The translations under genes and the position numbers were made by a program. Shown here piece by piece: positions 1 to 10,457 of a stretch of 64,000 nt of DNA; position 1 is the stretch's first letter; each line of letters starts with the position of its first letter. The notes beneath the pieces are model-generated. The model did no database searches and was not told the origin of the DNA. It was given only the letters and a program-made list of their open reading frames with translations. The stretch is taken from positions 5,026,161-5,090,160 of the forward strand of contig JBNZDD010013674.1 of NCBI GenBank assembly GCA_050575255.1, in the 5' to 3' direction. This DNA comes from Harriotta raleighana. Taxonomy: Eukaryota.

Positions 1-304
1 ACAAAAGGTTAAATTATTTGATGCTTCCTGGTTTCCTTCCATACATGGATAAAACGTGACAGAATGCAACATAAACAGTTATTCTTGAATGTCTAAGAGT
101 ATTTACAGATGACGAGAGAGGCATCAGATTAGACACTTCATTTTAAAAAGTAGATCTTTCACATCTGCCATGGAACAGTTCCTTCAATTTACATTTGATG
201 CATTAAAACTGCTATGTCCCACCAATTGCAGCCAACTATTCAGATCATTTCCTGTCCAGAAATGTCAAGATAAAATGTTTGGGACATTTCTCTGCTCGCT
301 GTTG

Positions 305-430
305 TATAATAATAATCATAATAATAATCCTTGCAGTTGATATAACGCTTTTCACATCTTATCGACGTCTCAAAATGCTTCACAGAATATACTGTAAAGT
401 GAATTGACTGTCTATTTGTGAGTATAAATT
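305..430 (-). mobile_element. 3' part of the abundant tRNA-derived SINE family
   Basis: (AAT)n tail plus ccttgcagttgatataacgcttttcacatc...cacagaatatactgtaaagtgaattgactg, the reverse complement of the 3' end of the full copy at 38209-38513. Confidence 0.8.
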
Positions 431-618
431 TGACTTGTATGAATTAGACTTACAAACTGTAAAGTTTCACAGACGATTTCCTTGCCCTGTGAAGGGGGGC
501 AGGAAGTTTAATTCTGTTGAGACATTCTATGCTTCTGATGATCCCTCCTACGATTTATTAGGGTCAATTGGAATAAAACGACTATGGACCCAAGAGCGAT
601 CCTAACGGATCGAGCTGC

Positions 619-692
619 AACACAACAACAACAACAACTTCGATTTATATAGCGCCCTCCACGCCGGACGGCGTCTCGGAGCGTTTAACACA
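619..692 (-). mobile_element. L2 LINE 3' tail
   Basis: (CAA)n plus cttcgatttatatagcgccctccacgccggacggcgtctcggagcg, the same tail as 10395-10457, 33800-33867 and 55700-55766. Confidence 0.75.
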
Positions 693-886
693 CACAAGAA
701 GCCTGGATGAATGACCTCTTCTTCAGGCAGTGTGCAAATGTTCTTCCAAAGCATCTTTCGCCACAAAACCTTGTGGCTCAGTCAGGACCACCTCCATTCG
801 ATGCTGTATTCTTTCCAGAGGGGGAGTTTCTGGGGGTGATGCAATCTGATTGATAGCCAATCTATCCCACCCAGTCAATTTATTTT

Positions 887-919
887 TGTGTGTGTATGTG
901 TATGTGTGTGTGTGTGTGT
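887..919. repeat. (GT)n microsatellite about 150 bp upstream of the avpr1a ATG
   Basis: tgtgtgtgtatgtgtatgtgtgtgtgtgtgtgt read directly. Confidence 0.9.
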
Positions 920-1071
920 TTCATTCAAGAGCAGCGTGTGATCAGCTCCAGCTCTTCATCCACCCCAACCTCATCCGAAGGAGCTGCAGCTCTCCAGCCA
1001 GCTGCAGTCGATCACCAACCACAGCTCCACAAGATCAGATCACAGTGCGATCAGCAGTCGCTGGCCCATCA

Positions 1072-2038
1072 ATGGGGGTGACCGAGAGCTCGGTGTGGGA
1101 CGGGGGCATCTGGAACTCGACTCGAGGCTCGAGTCTTGCCCTGGCCCCAGCAGAGGCGCCTGGGGACGTCCAGAGCCACAACTTCAGCAAGTCGAGCAAC
1201 CGGACCGATGGCTTCGGCAGGAATGAAAACCTGGCCAAGACCGAGGTGTCGTTGCTCGGGATGATCTTCCTGGTGGCGGTGATTGGGAACCTGAGCGTCC
1301 TCCTGGCCCTGTGCAGGACCAAGAAGAAGATGTCGAGGATGCATCTCTTCATCAAGCACCTGAGCTTCGCCGACCTGGTGGTGGCCGTGTTCCAGGTCCT
1401 GCCTCAGTTCATCTGGGACATCACCTACCGCTTCAATGGCCCCGATTTCCTCTGCCGGATTATCAAACACCTCCAGGTGTTCGGCATGTTCGCCTCCACT
1501 TACATGATGGTCATGATGTCCGTGGACCGGTACATCGCCATCTGCCACCCGCTGAAAACCCTCCAGCAAGCCACCAAGCGCTCCCATCTGATGATCATCG
1601 TTACCTGGATAGGGAGCTTCCTCCTCAGCACCCCACAGTCCTTCATCTTCTCGCTGAGGGAGATCAAGCCGGGCTCTGGGGTGTATGACTGCTGGGCTAA
1701 CTTTATATTGCCCTGGGGCATCAAGGCATACATCACCTGGATTACCGTCAGTGTCTTTATCATCCCTGTCCTGACCGTGGCAGCCTGCTACATCTGTGTG
1801 TGTTACAACATCTCCAAGAATATCAAGTACAAGACCACCAGCAGTTCGTCTGAATCTGCTGTGAATAACGGGCTGATAACCTCTGGTGTCAACCTCAACA
1901 ATGTCAAAACTATCTCCAAAGCCAAGATCCGGACTGTCAAGATGACCCTGGTGATTGTCCTCGCCTACATTGTGTGCTGGTCTCCCTTCTTCAGTGTCCA
2001 GATGTGGTCGGTTTGGGACCAGAATGCTCCGAAGGACG
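1072..2038 (+). CDS. avpr1a: Vasotocin/vasopressin V1a-type receptor, coding exon 1 (N-terminus to TM6/ECL3)
   Basis: ATG at 1072 (MGVTESS...) is in frame with ORF 850-2097. Neurohypophysial receptor motifs are present: [94 protein letters not shown]. Donor G|GTAGGT at 2038/2039 is phase 1. Three N-terminal N-X-S/T sequons (NST, NFS, NRT). Confidence 0.95.
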
Positions 2039-3004
2039 GTAGGTCACTTGGGGATATTATCAACTCACTCACTCTCTTCCTTCTCTCTGGGAATTGAGCT
2101 TTGTTTTTTTTTCTGCAGATAATAATTCGAATAGTAACACTCGAACTCTGTACTTCTATCAAATTGAAGGGATGTACAGTATTGTGTTGTATATGTAAAT
2201 ATCTTAGTATTGTAATGTTGGATAATTGAAGAAAGTAGACTAGATAGGCTATTAGAGACTNCAACAACAACAACAACAAGAAAATTACATTTATAGAGCG
2301 CGTTTCACGTCAGGAGGACGTCCCAAGACTAGATAGGCTATTAGAGACTAGATAATTATAATATAAACTATAGACAAGATCATTTTTACTTGAAGTAAAC
2401 CAGAGTTTATCTGGCTCAGACAAGCTAGATTGTGGTTGTTTCCGATTCAATTATGCTTAGATCTCGGGCATTCTTGGTAGGAATAATAATAATACTGCAA
2501 TAACAAATAACATTTTTGTTCAAAATCTCTCATGAAAATAAGTCATTAACAAAGATGTGTGTGGTCTGTGTCGGGGGAAGTTATGCAGCAAAGAAAATCA
2601 TTTGAACAAATATTGAAGTAATTTAGGCCAACAAAACAAAATTACATTTATAGAGCGCCTTACACATCAGGAGGATGTCCCAAAGCACAGATCAGGAATG
2701 TGCTCAGAATTTTTAGAACCAACTCAAAAAAAATCTCTACTAACCATTTCAACTCCACTTGACATTTAGAGACAATAATATCTAAATACATTATTCATCA
2801 CAAAGAAAAGTAAATGTTCGAGGTGTCAGCCTGGCTTGATGGTAATCCAGATTTTACTGTGTGTTGTCGCTTATTCCTAACTAGTATTTTGCCGCAAATT
2901 TGGCTTGGAGTATGGGTGTTTTAAAGGACTGCAAAAACTTTGCATAATACACAATCCCAAATACTTTACAATATTTCCTGTTTAGCAATTTGAGACGACT
3001 AATA

Positions 3005-3645
3005 AGGCATCCTTTCTCTTATCTTTTTGCACCCTCTGGGTGATAGCCGCAGAAATGGGGTAAACTTCACATGCATGCGGATGACACACAAATCTGCTTT
3101 GCCTCCTCCAGTACCACCTCCAGGTTCCCCGATGTTCTATCAGTTTGTCTGGCAGACATCAAGGCCTGGATGAGTGTAAACTTCCTGCAGCTGAATGTGG
3201 ACAAGACGGAAGCCATAGTCCTTAGTTCCCATCAACATCTTCATTTCTGCAGATCTAAACTCCTCAACCTCCCTGGGCTCACCCTCAAACTCACAGAACC
3301 AGTGCGCAATCTAGGCATCCAGTTTGACCCCCAGCTGTCCTTCCTCCCTCACATCTGCTCCCTGCCTAGACCGCCTTCTTCTAACTCCACTACATTGCTC
3401 GCCTTTACCTACGATATCTTACTTTAAATGCAAGCGAAACTCTTGTGCATGCGTTTGTCGACGCCCACCTGGATTACTCAAACACACTCCTTGCCAGTTT
3501 CCCCAGCTCCATTATTCAAAAAATCCATCTCAGTCAGACCTCTGCCATTTTTGCTTACGTACCCAGACCATACTCCGTACCTATATCTCACCAGTTCTAG
3601 CCCAGGCTCCATTGGCTCCCTATCACTGAACAGATCGATTTCAAG
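3005..3645 (+). mobile_element. L2 LINE ORF2 (RT) relic; resumes at about 4640-4960 after nested insertions
   Basis: HADDTQ (YADD-derived), CLADIKAWMSVNFLQLNVDKTEAIV, VRNLGIQFD. Frameshifted. The downstream part resumes as LHSLAPP. Confidence 0.85.
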
Positions 3646-3658
3646 TGACATACACTCA

Positions 3659-4640
3659 AACAACAAAAACAACAACAACTTGTGCAGCATATTTCACATC
3701 AGGAGGATGTCCCAAGGCGCTGGACAGTCATTGTTTCAGGCCCAAGCTGGGATGAGGGCGGGGAGGGAAAGGCGGGGTTTAGGAGTAGCTGATGGGACCA
3801 TTGAAGATGAGAGTCTTGAGGTGGGACTTGAAGGAGGCCAGGGATGGGGTGAGGCAGAGGGACTGCGGGATGGAGTTCCAGAGGTTGTGGGCAGAGTGGC
3901 TAAAGGCTCGCTCACCAATGGTGGGGCGGGTGGGTTGGGGGACATGGAGCATGCAAGAGCCTGCTGAGCGGAGGGGATGGGCAGGTTGATAGGGGGTTAG
4001 AAGGTCACGGATGTGGGGTGGGGTGAGTGCCGTGGAGGGCTTTAAATTTGAGGAACAGGAACTTGAATTGGATCCTCTAGTTCAGTGGTTCCCAATCTCG
4101 GGTCTTGATGCAAATCAGGGTCGTGGGGTCCTCAGTAGGGTCGCAAAGGGTCATCAGAATTGTTTTTCTTTTTTAATGCTGAAAAGTGCCCGAGGCGCCA
4201 TCGCCGACCAATTTGTATGAAAGACCGTACTAGTGAGTTGCGCTGAGTCCACCAAAGAGATGGAGGTATCGTCTTGGCTGAGCTTTGCTTCAGTCACGCA
4301 GGGTCGAGAGGACCTGTTGGTGGCCAATTTAGGGTCGCAGCAAAAAAAGGTTGGGAACCACTGCTCTAGATGATGAGGAGCAAATGGAGTTGGGTGAGGA
4401 TAGGGAGATGGAGGTCACATCTCCTTGGAGCGGTAGAGGACACGGGCCGCAGAGTTCTGGATCATCTACAACCTGTGGAGGGAGGAATTGGGAAGGCCGA
4501 CAATCAAGGCATTTGCATAGTCGAGCTGGGATGTAATGAAAGCGTGAATGAGGGTTTCAGCGGCCTTGGGGGTAAGGTAGGTGAGAGAAGGCAGAGCGAG
4601 TCATTGCTTGGATGTGGGGGAGGAAAGACAGTTGAGGAAT
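3659..4640 (-). mobile_element. L2 LINE 3' fragment inserted antisense in another L2
   Basis: (CAA)n tail plus ttcacatcaggaggatgtcccaaggcgctgg at 3659-3725. The purine-rich antisense body resembles the copy at 47750-48390. Confidence 0.8.
4083..4363. mobile_element. Non-autonomous hAT (Charlie-type) DNA transposon
   Basis: 13-bp TIRs cagtggttcccaa / ttgggaaccactg. 8-bp TSD ctctagtt (4075-4082) / ctctagat (4364-4371) fits the NTCTAGAN target preference of Charlie elements. Confidence 0.9.
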
Positions 4641-7409
4641 CGAACCCTTCACTCCCTGGCACCTCCTCAGTCTCCGACCTCGTCACTTCCCACTCCACCC
4701 ACCCTGGGCCTCTGTTCGACTCACACCAGCCTCCTGCTCATCCCTCACATCCTCCGCCCCACTATCAGAGATCACACTTTCAGCCACTATGCCTTGAAAC
4801 ACTGAAATACTCTTCCTCGATCCCTCCGCCTTGATGCTCTCTCACCTTTTTCAAGTCTTGCGTGAAAACCTTCCTCTTCAAATCATGCTGGCCTGGAGTT
4901 AGGCTCTGTTAAGCATTAATGAAATACCCTGCTTGAAGATTGCTATATAAATGCAAATTATATGGTTGTAAAGGCGATATGTCAAAATCAAGGATTATTA
5001 TTATTAGTACTACTAAGATCATATTGGATCAGGATTATTGATAATTTAACATGTAAGGTGCAACCCTATATATTTGTTTGTAAACATGTTGTTGTTGTAG
5101 ACTCTTGTCTTTTGAAAAATAAATAAAACTCACAATTTTTCGCCCCACGGATAAAATTAGCAACGACTAATTGGGTAAAATGTCCTACTTCTGTGCTTTA
5201 TCATTACATGTAACTCTATGCAACTGAGTCTTAAGGCTCTCCAGAGGATTGCTTCATTCCTACGAGAGGATTGACTCTCGTGGGCTGTTGTTCGCCACAG
5301 TTATGCAGGTCATGGCAGATTGATTTATGTGGTCATGAATTAATCTGATTATCAGGTTTGTTTGCTAGGGCTGGGAATTCCTGCTCCCTGATGCCTGACT
5401 CTATAGACCTGGTAAGTTGTGGTATAGAGGCATGTCATTGGAATTCGGGAGCAGTGAGTAGGAATTCTGAGCCTCAGCTCCTCGGACTGACACTGGTTTA
5501 AAGTCTATCTTTAATTGATGTTAAGCTTCTCATTTCTACAAAAGGAAAGTTTATTGATATCTCCAGGCAGTGGGGATACATACATAAATCCTAGCAACAA
5601 TAATATCATCACAGGAGAGCTCCCATACATATAAAATCTTATAGAATGAAAATCAAAGTATCAGACGTTGGAATCAATTAAAATATTTTCATCCTAAAGC
5701 AAGAACAGTGAAAAACATAAATCCTCTGGTCAGCCAGTTTAGTGAAAGTGACCAATTTCAATATCAGTCAAGCAGGGTATAATACATGGATTATTTTATG
5801 ATTCCCCCCAATTGCTTTAACGATATGGTACGATGCGGTATCATAATGGAAAGGAGGCTTAGAACCCATTTGAGGATGTCAAATAATAATAATAATACCT
5901 GCATTTCATATAGTATCTTAGCAGGTCTTCGAGATGTCTCAAAGCACTTCACAGAATGTACAATATTGTAAAGTGAATTAACTCTTGATTATTGTGGGTG
6001 AAATAATGAAAGGATTATGCAGGCTGATACAACAGGATATTGACCATGATCAAGATATTCACAGATTATTTAAAGTAAGCACAATTGAAAGGAAATATAA
6101 ACTGTATTGCAATATTAGACACGTTTTGAATGAAATGTTGTGTTCACTCAGTGCTTGCAACATTGTGGAATCGTCCAATGTAGAAAATAGGTAAAAATTA
6201 GTTTAAAAAGAGATACATTAAGTGCTCCGAGATGCTGTCTGGCGTAAATGGGCGCTGTATAAATGCAAGTTGTTGTTATTGTACATCGACTTGAGTGCGG
6301 AGGGATGTAATACCATTTTAGATTTTATTGTTAATCATAATCACAAACTCAGAATCCACAGAATTCCCCACAGGTTTCTTTGTTTATCCATACCTGCGAA
6401 ACATAAAGTTTTTTTTTACATTCTTTCTCACAGATTTATTAATAACTTTCAGTATGGTATAGGAGAATATATATTTTTTTCCCCCTTATTTCAATCCCTT
6501 GGTTCTAGAGTCAGCACTTGTACGGAGTATAAGACCAGCTGGACTGGATAGGACTTAATAGCTTGTTACTGAGATGTACTTAATATGAATCCACTTTTTC
6601 CTTCCTCCTCTCATATGGGATATTACTGCTTTTTCCTTTCACTGGAGTATAGTTGCAAGAATTCTGGTCACCCTCCATCTAATAATTCACTTCAATAATC
6701 GTGAAGTAAGCATTGGCAGGCTGTTTGAATATGAGGGCACTACACCCGAGTCGGATCTTATTCTCACCCAACCTTCTTATTCACAGACCAGGAGCAGAGG
6801 GCTCTGGGTGGAGATCGGCAATGGAAACCGAGGCAATTGGCAGCTCCCTGGAATCAGATGGAGAATTAAACGCTATAGACCATTGTAGTCTGCTTGATAA
6901 GTTGAATAGGCGCTCTGAGACACCATCCAACATGGAGGGCGCTATATAAATCAAAGTTGTTGTTGTTTTTGTTGTTGAATACTCATTGTGTGGGGTTCTT
7001 GTAGCTTTTTTGAATGCAAAATAGTAGACTGAAAAGAATAGTTTAAAATAATCTCCAAGGTGAAGATATTTCAACAAATTTTATGGTTACCAAAACAAAC
7101 TGGTCTACTATCAACATATAGGATTGTAGAAAGAACCTGTTAAGAGCCACCATTTCCTTGTCACTGTTACTCATCAACTTATGTTGTAATGCCACCCCCT
7201 ACTGAATCTTCTTGGTTGTTGCACCTGTGATGCACCAGGGAAATACTATATGAAATATTGCAAATGAAAGCCTGTACTTCCCTCCCACCCACCCCTTGTC
7301 ACTTCTTGCTATTCACCCTACAAGATGTGCAAAATAACTAACTTCTTCAAAATGTGTGACAACTGCTCAGCATTTTATCTTAAGGAACAGGAGAGTAACA
7401 TTTATAATA

Positions 7410-7710
7410 AAAGTAATAATGCTTGTGTTTGATACAGTGCTTTTCACGTCTTCTAGATGTCTCACAGCACTTCACAAAATACACTGTAAAGTGAATTGAC
7501 TGTATATATTTGTGTATATATTGTACTTGTCAGCAAACCTCAACAGCCAATTGCGCGCTACAGTGTCCCACAAACATCTGTGGTTTGAAATGACCAATGT
7601 ATTTTTTTTGAGGGATTATTTATTATCAGGTGTGGGGAGTAAAGAAACTTGCCCAAGGTTTTGCCCTGCCTAGAATCAAACCCAGCACTCTCGCTAGTAA
7701 ACCACTGCCA
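7410..7710 (-). mobile_element. tRNA-derived SINE, near full length, in the avpr1a intron close to exon 2
   Basis: Same tail, gccaattgcgc...gtcccacaaac core and degenerate head as the 38209 and 52930 copies. Confidence 0.8.
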
Positions 7711-7901
7711 TTTGCCCCTTTCACATCAGGAGGAGGTTTTAAAGTGCTTCACAGGATATAGTCTAAAGTGTAGTAACAAAACCATCAGTTAAATCCTGCA
7801 AGCAGTAATAAAAGCTATGATTCCACTAGCAAGTATTCTAAAAGTATGATCCAATTAAACTAGACTTTGAATCCCAATAACTTTGTTGTTGTGTTTTGTA
7901 G

Positions 7902-8194
7902 ATTCCACAGACACCACTTTTACCCTCACAATGTTGTTGGCCAGTCTGAACAGCTGCTGTAATCCATGGATCTACATGTTCTTCAGCGGTCATCTCCTGA
8001 GCGATGTTTCCCAATTTTTCCCCTGTTGCCATAAATTCACACAAAGCCTGAAGAAGGAGGATTCAGACAGCAGCATCAAACGGCACACTCTACTGACCAG
8101 GCTCAGTCACAGAAGCTCGACCCTCAGCTCAAGCAACTGGAAGGACACTGAAACATCGCCTCAGTTACTCCGGTTTATCCCAATAGAGACTTGA
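7902..8194 (+). CDS. avpr1a: V1a-type receptor, coding exon 2 (TM7 and C-tail)
   Basis: Acceptor tgttttgtAG at 7900-7901. G+AT restores D, then STDTTFTLTMLLASLNSCCNPWIYMFFSGHLL...FPCC...WKD...RFIPIET*. NPxxY, the di-Cys palmitoylation site and a V1a-type ...WKD...FIP C-terminus are present. Spliced CDS is 967+293=1260 nt, 419 aa. Confidence 0.95.
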
Positions 8195-8924
8195 GACAAA
8201 ATAATTATTAGGAAGACATGCTTGGGTTATGTGTATAGGCTTTGGTATTTATCAAAGCTTACCCTTGAGTTTGTGACACATGAAGTGATCCAAGTGGATG
8301 ATGATAATTTGCTGGTAAAATCTATACTTTCAACATACAAATGAAAATATGCTGGAAAATATTATCCATTGTTTCCTCATTAAAAGGGTTAAATGTCTCT
8401 GATGACTTGAGATGCATTCTAGATGAAGACGCTCAGTAAATGTACACGTTTGCAAGAGATATATCATCTTTCGGGTTTAAAATATTCTTGAATCTACTGG
8501 ATGATAAATCTCTACATTACTGTATTGTGTTTCATCCAAATCAATAAGAATTTGAAGAATGTGGTTATTCCTAAACCGTGGCAGAGAATAGAGTTTCACA
8601 TTAAGTGGCAATACAGGAGATGAATAGAAAAGGAATTTGTATGAATCAGCTTTAATCCAAGGAGATCAATCACATTACCTGTAAATCCACACAGTGCTTT
8701 TATTGCGGGAGGACATCTGAAATCTATTGCACAAGCATAGAATAAGTTGTGGCAATAAATTGAACTTGGGCAGAGAAGGAAAGAGAATAGCCCGTGAAGA
8801 CAGGTGGGCAGGGGGGGGAAATACTAAAAATCAAAAGGAGTTACAATAAAAGAAGGAGACCGGTTTGCTTCAGAAAGTGCTGCTGCAAAAGAGAACCTGA
8901 TTGATAAGAGAGATCAGTGCCATA

Positions 8925-9085
8925 AATAATAATAATTCTTGCATTTGATATAGCGCTTTTCTAGACATCTCAAAGTGCTTCATAGAATATACTATAAAAT
9001 GAATTGACTGTACATTTGTGGGTGGAACGTGGCAGCTAATTGCGCACAGGGGTGTCCCACAAACAACCGTGGATTGAGTAATCAA
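8925..9085 (-). mobile_element. SINE 3' half in the putative avpr1a 3'UTR
   Basis: aataataattcttgcatttgatatagcgc...gcagctaattgcgcacaggggtgtcccacaaac. Confidence 0.8.
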
Positions 9086-9287
9086 AGTATTGTATTATCG
9101 CTTTGTTTTAGAGAAAGAGATGCAAAATGGGAACTCCAGTAAGACAGATCTATAATGGCAAGAGTGGGAGAGAGGGAATGGCACCTGACAGACAGATATA
9201 CACACACACAGTGGCTTCTTTGCATATATAAATTCAAATATTCACAGAATAAAAGCAGATGACAGAATATAAACCAATCTGACTGAC

Positions 9288-9370
9288 TGCCTGTTCAGGT
9301 GGACATTAGTGATCCCATAGCACTATTTGAAAAGAGAAGGGAATTTCTCCCAAATGTCCTAACCAAGAAT
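9288..9370 (+). mobile_element. Old Deu-domain SINE fragment (SacSINE1/AmnSINE1-like)
   Basis: caggtggacattagtgatcccatagcactatttgaaaagagaagggaatttctccc resembles the recalled Deu core caggtggacgtaaaagatcccatggcactattt. Confidence 0.6.
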
Positions 9371-9918
9371 CCTACAGTTAAGTTGGGTATTTCCTTTATG
9401 GACACTTGTGGAACATTGTTGTGTACAAACTGCCTTTGAGACACTTCAATTACATGATAAATTGCTACATCAACTAGAAGGATTATTATGAACCACACAT
9501 TAGTATTTGGTAGTACAATGCAGTGAAGTGTTGGGGTATTGTGTCATCAAAGGATGTACCTGCAGAGTCAATAGATTAAACATGGGGAGAGAATGAAAAT
9601 AAATGCAGATATATTGTGCAACAAACAAAATGTGAGTGTGGACTATATACAATTCCCTTAATATCACTGAGCTTAATCCATCTTTACAACATAAACAGAA
9701 GCTATTCTAACCTACATAATGGTAATTTACAGATACCTGTTGAGTGAAATAACAACTGTAACATATTCTAGCTGTATCTGTGGAGTATATAAACTATCGA
9801 AATTTGTGTTTCTTTGTTGATTAGATTTCTCCAACCTTATTTATCCTTTGGCAACATGTGTTATGTGAACTGTTTTGCAGTACATTCCTCGAATTGTACT
9901 AAGTGTTTGGATATTGTA

Positions 9919-9924
9919 AATAAA
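9919..9924 (+). other. Candidate polyadenylation signal for avpr1a (alternatives at 8754, 8845, 9248)
   Basis: AATAAA in an AU-rich context just before repeat-derived DNA resumes. Which signal is used cannot be determined from DNA alone. Confidence 0.3.
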
Positions 9925-10054
9925 ATTGATTTCTGATTAATAACGATGTGGCAGATCATTTTATTGATATCAATGAGTTTTGTCAACATTTGATAAAAAA
10001 TTTATAGGATTCTCTAAATTTAAACATTTGTCTGAAATTCATAATATTATTATA

Positions 10055-10457
10055 TATCCGTCCCCGAGAAGATCGATTTCAAGATCCTCACCCTTGTCTT
10101 CAAATCCCTCCACTCCTCTGCAACCCCACCTCTCTGACCTCTCTCCTCAAACTAGCACCCGTTGCCTTCACTCCATTTGGTCTGGCCTCCTCCATGACCC
10201 CCGAATCCTCCACTCCACCCTCGGCGGCTATGCCTTCAACCCACTACGCCCCAAGGCTCTGGAACTGCCTTCCTCACTCCCTTTGCCTAGCCCACTCTTT
10301 TTCCAGTTTCAGGTCCCAGCTGAAGAGCTTTCTCTTCGACTGCGCATTTGGACACCTTTCTACCCCTCCCCCTTCCTCGGTCCCGGGATCCACTATTGTG
10401 AAGCGCTCTGAGATGCTGTCCGGCATGGAGGGCGCTATATAAATCAAAGTTGTTGTT
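10055..10457 (+). mobile_element. L2 LINE 3' end
   Basis: Contains gatcgatttcaagatcctc, encodes YAPRLWNCLPHSL...FRSQLKSFLF, and ends gagggcgctatataaatcaaag(ttg)n. Confidence 0.85.

Noticed and set aside
850-1071. N-terminal extension of the 415-aa ORF (MIANLSHP...[10 protein letters not shown])
   Set aside because: It starts at TTG and runs through the GT microsatellite. The ATG at 1072 gives a normal 419-aa receptor.
1035-1763. Antisense and alternate-frame ORFs over avpr1a exon 1
   Set aside because: Shadow ORFs caused by GC-rich codon usage; no recognisable protein.
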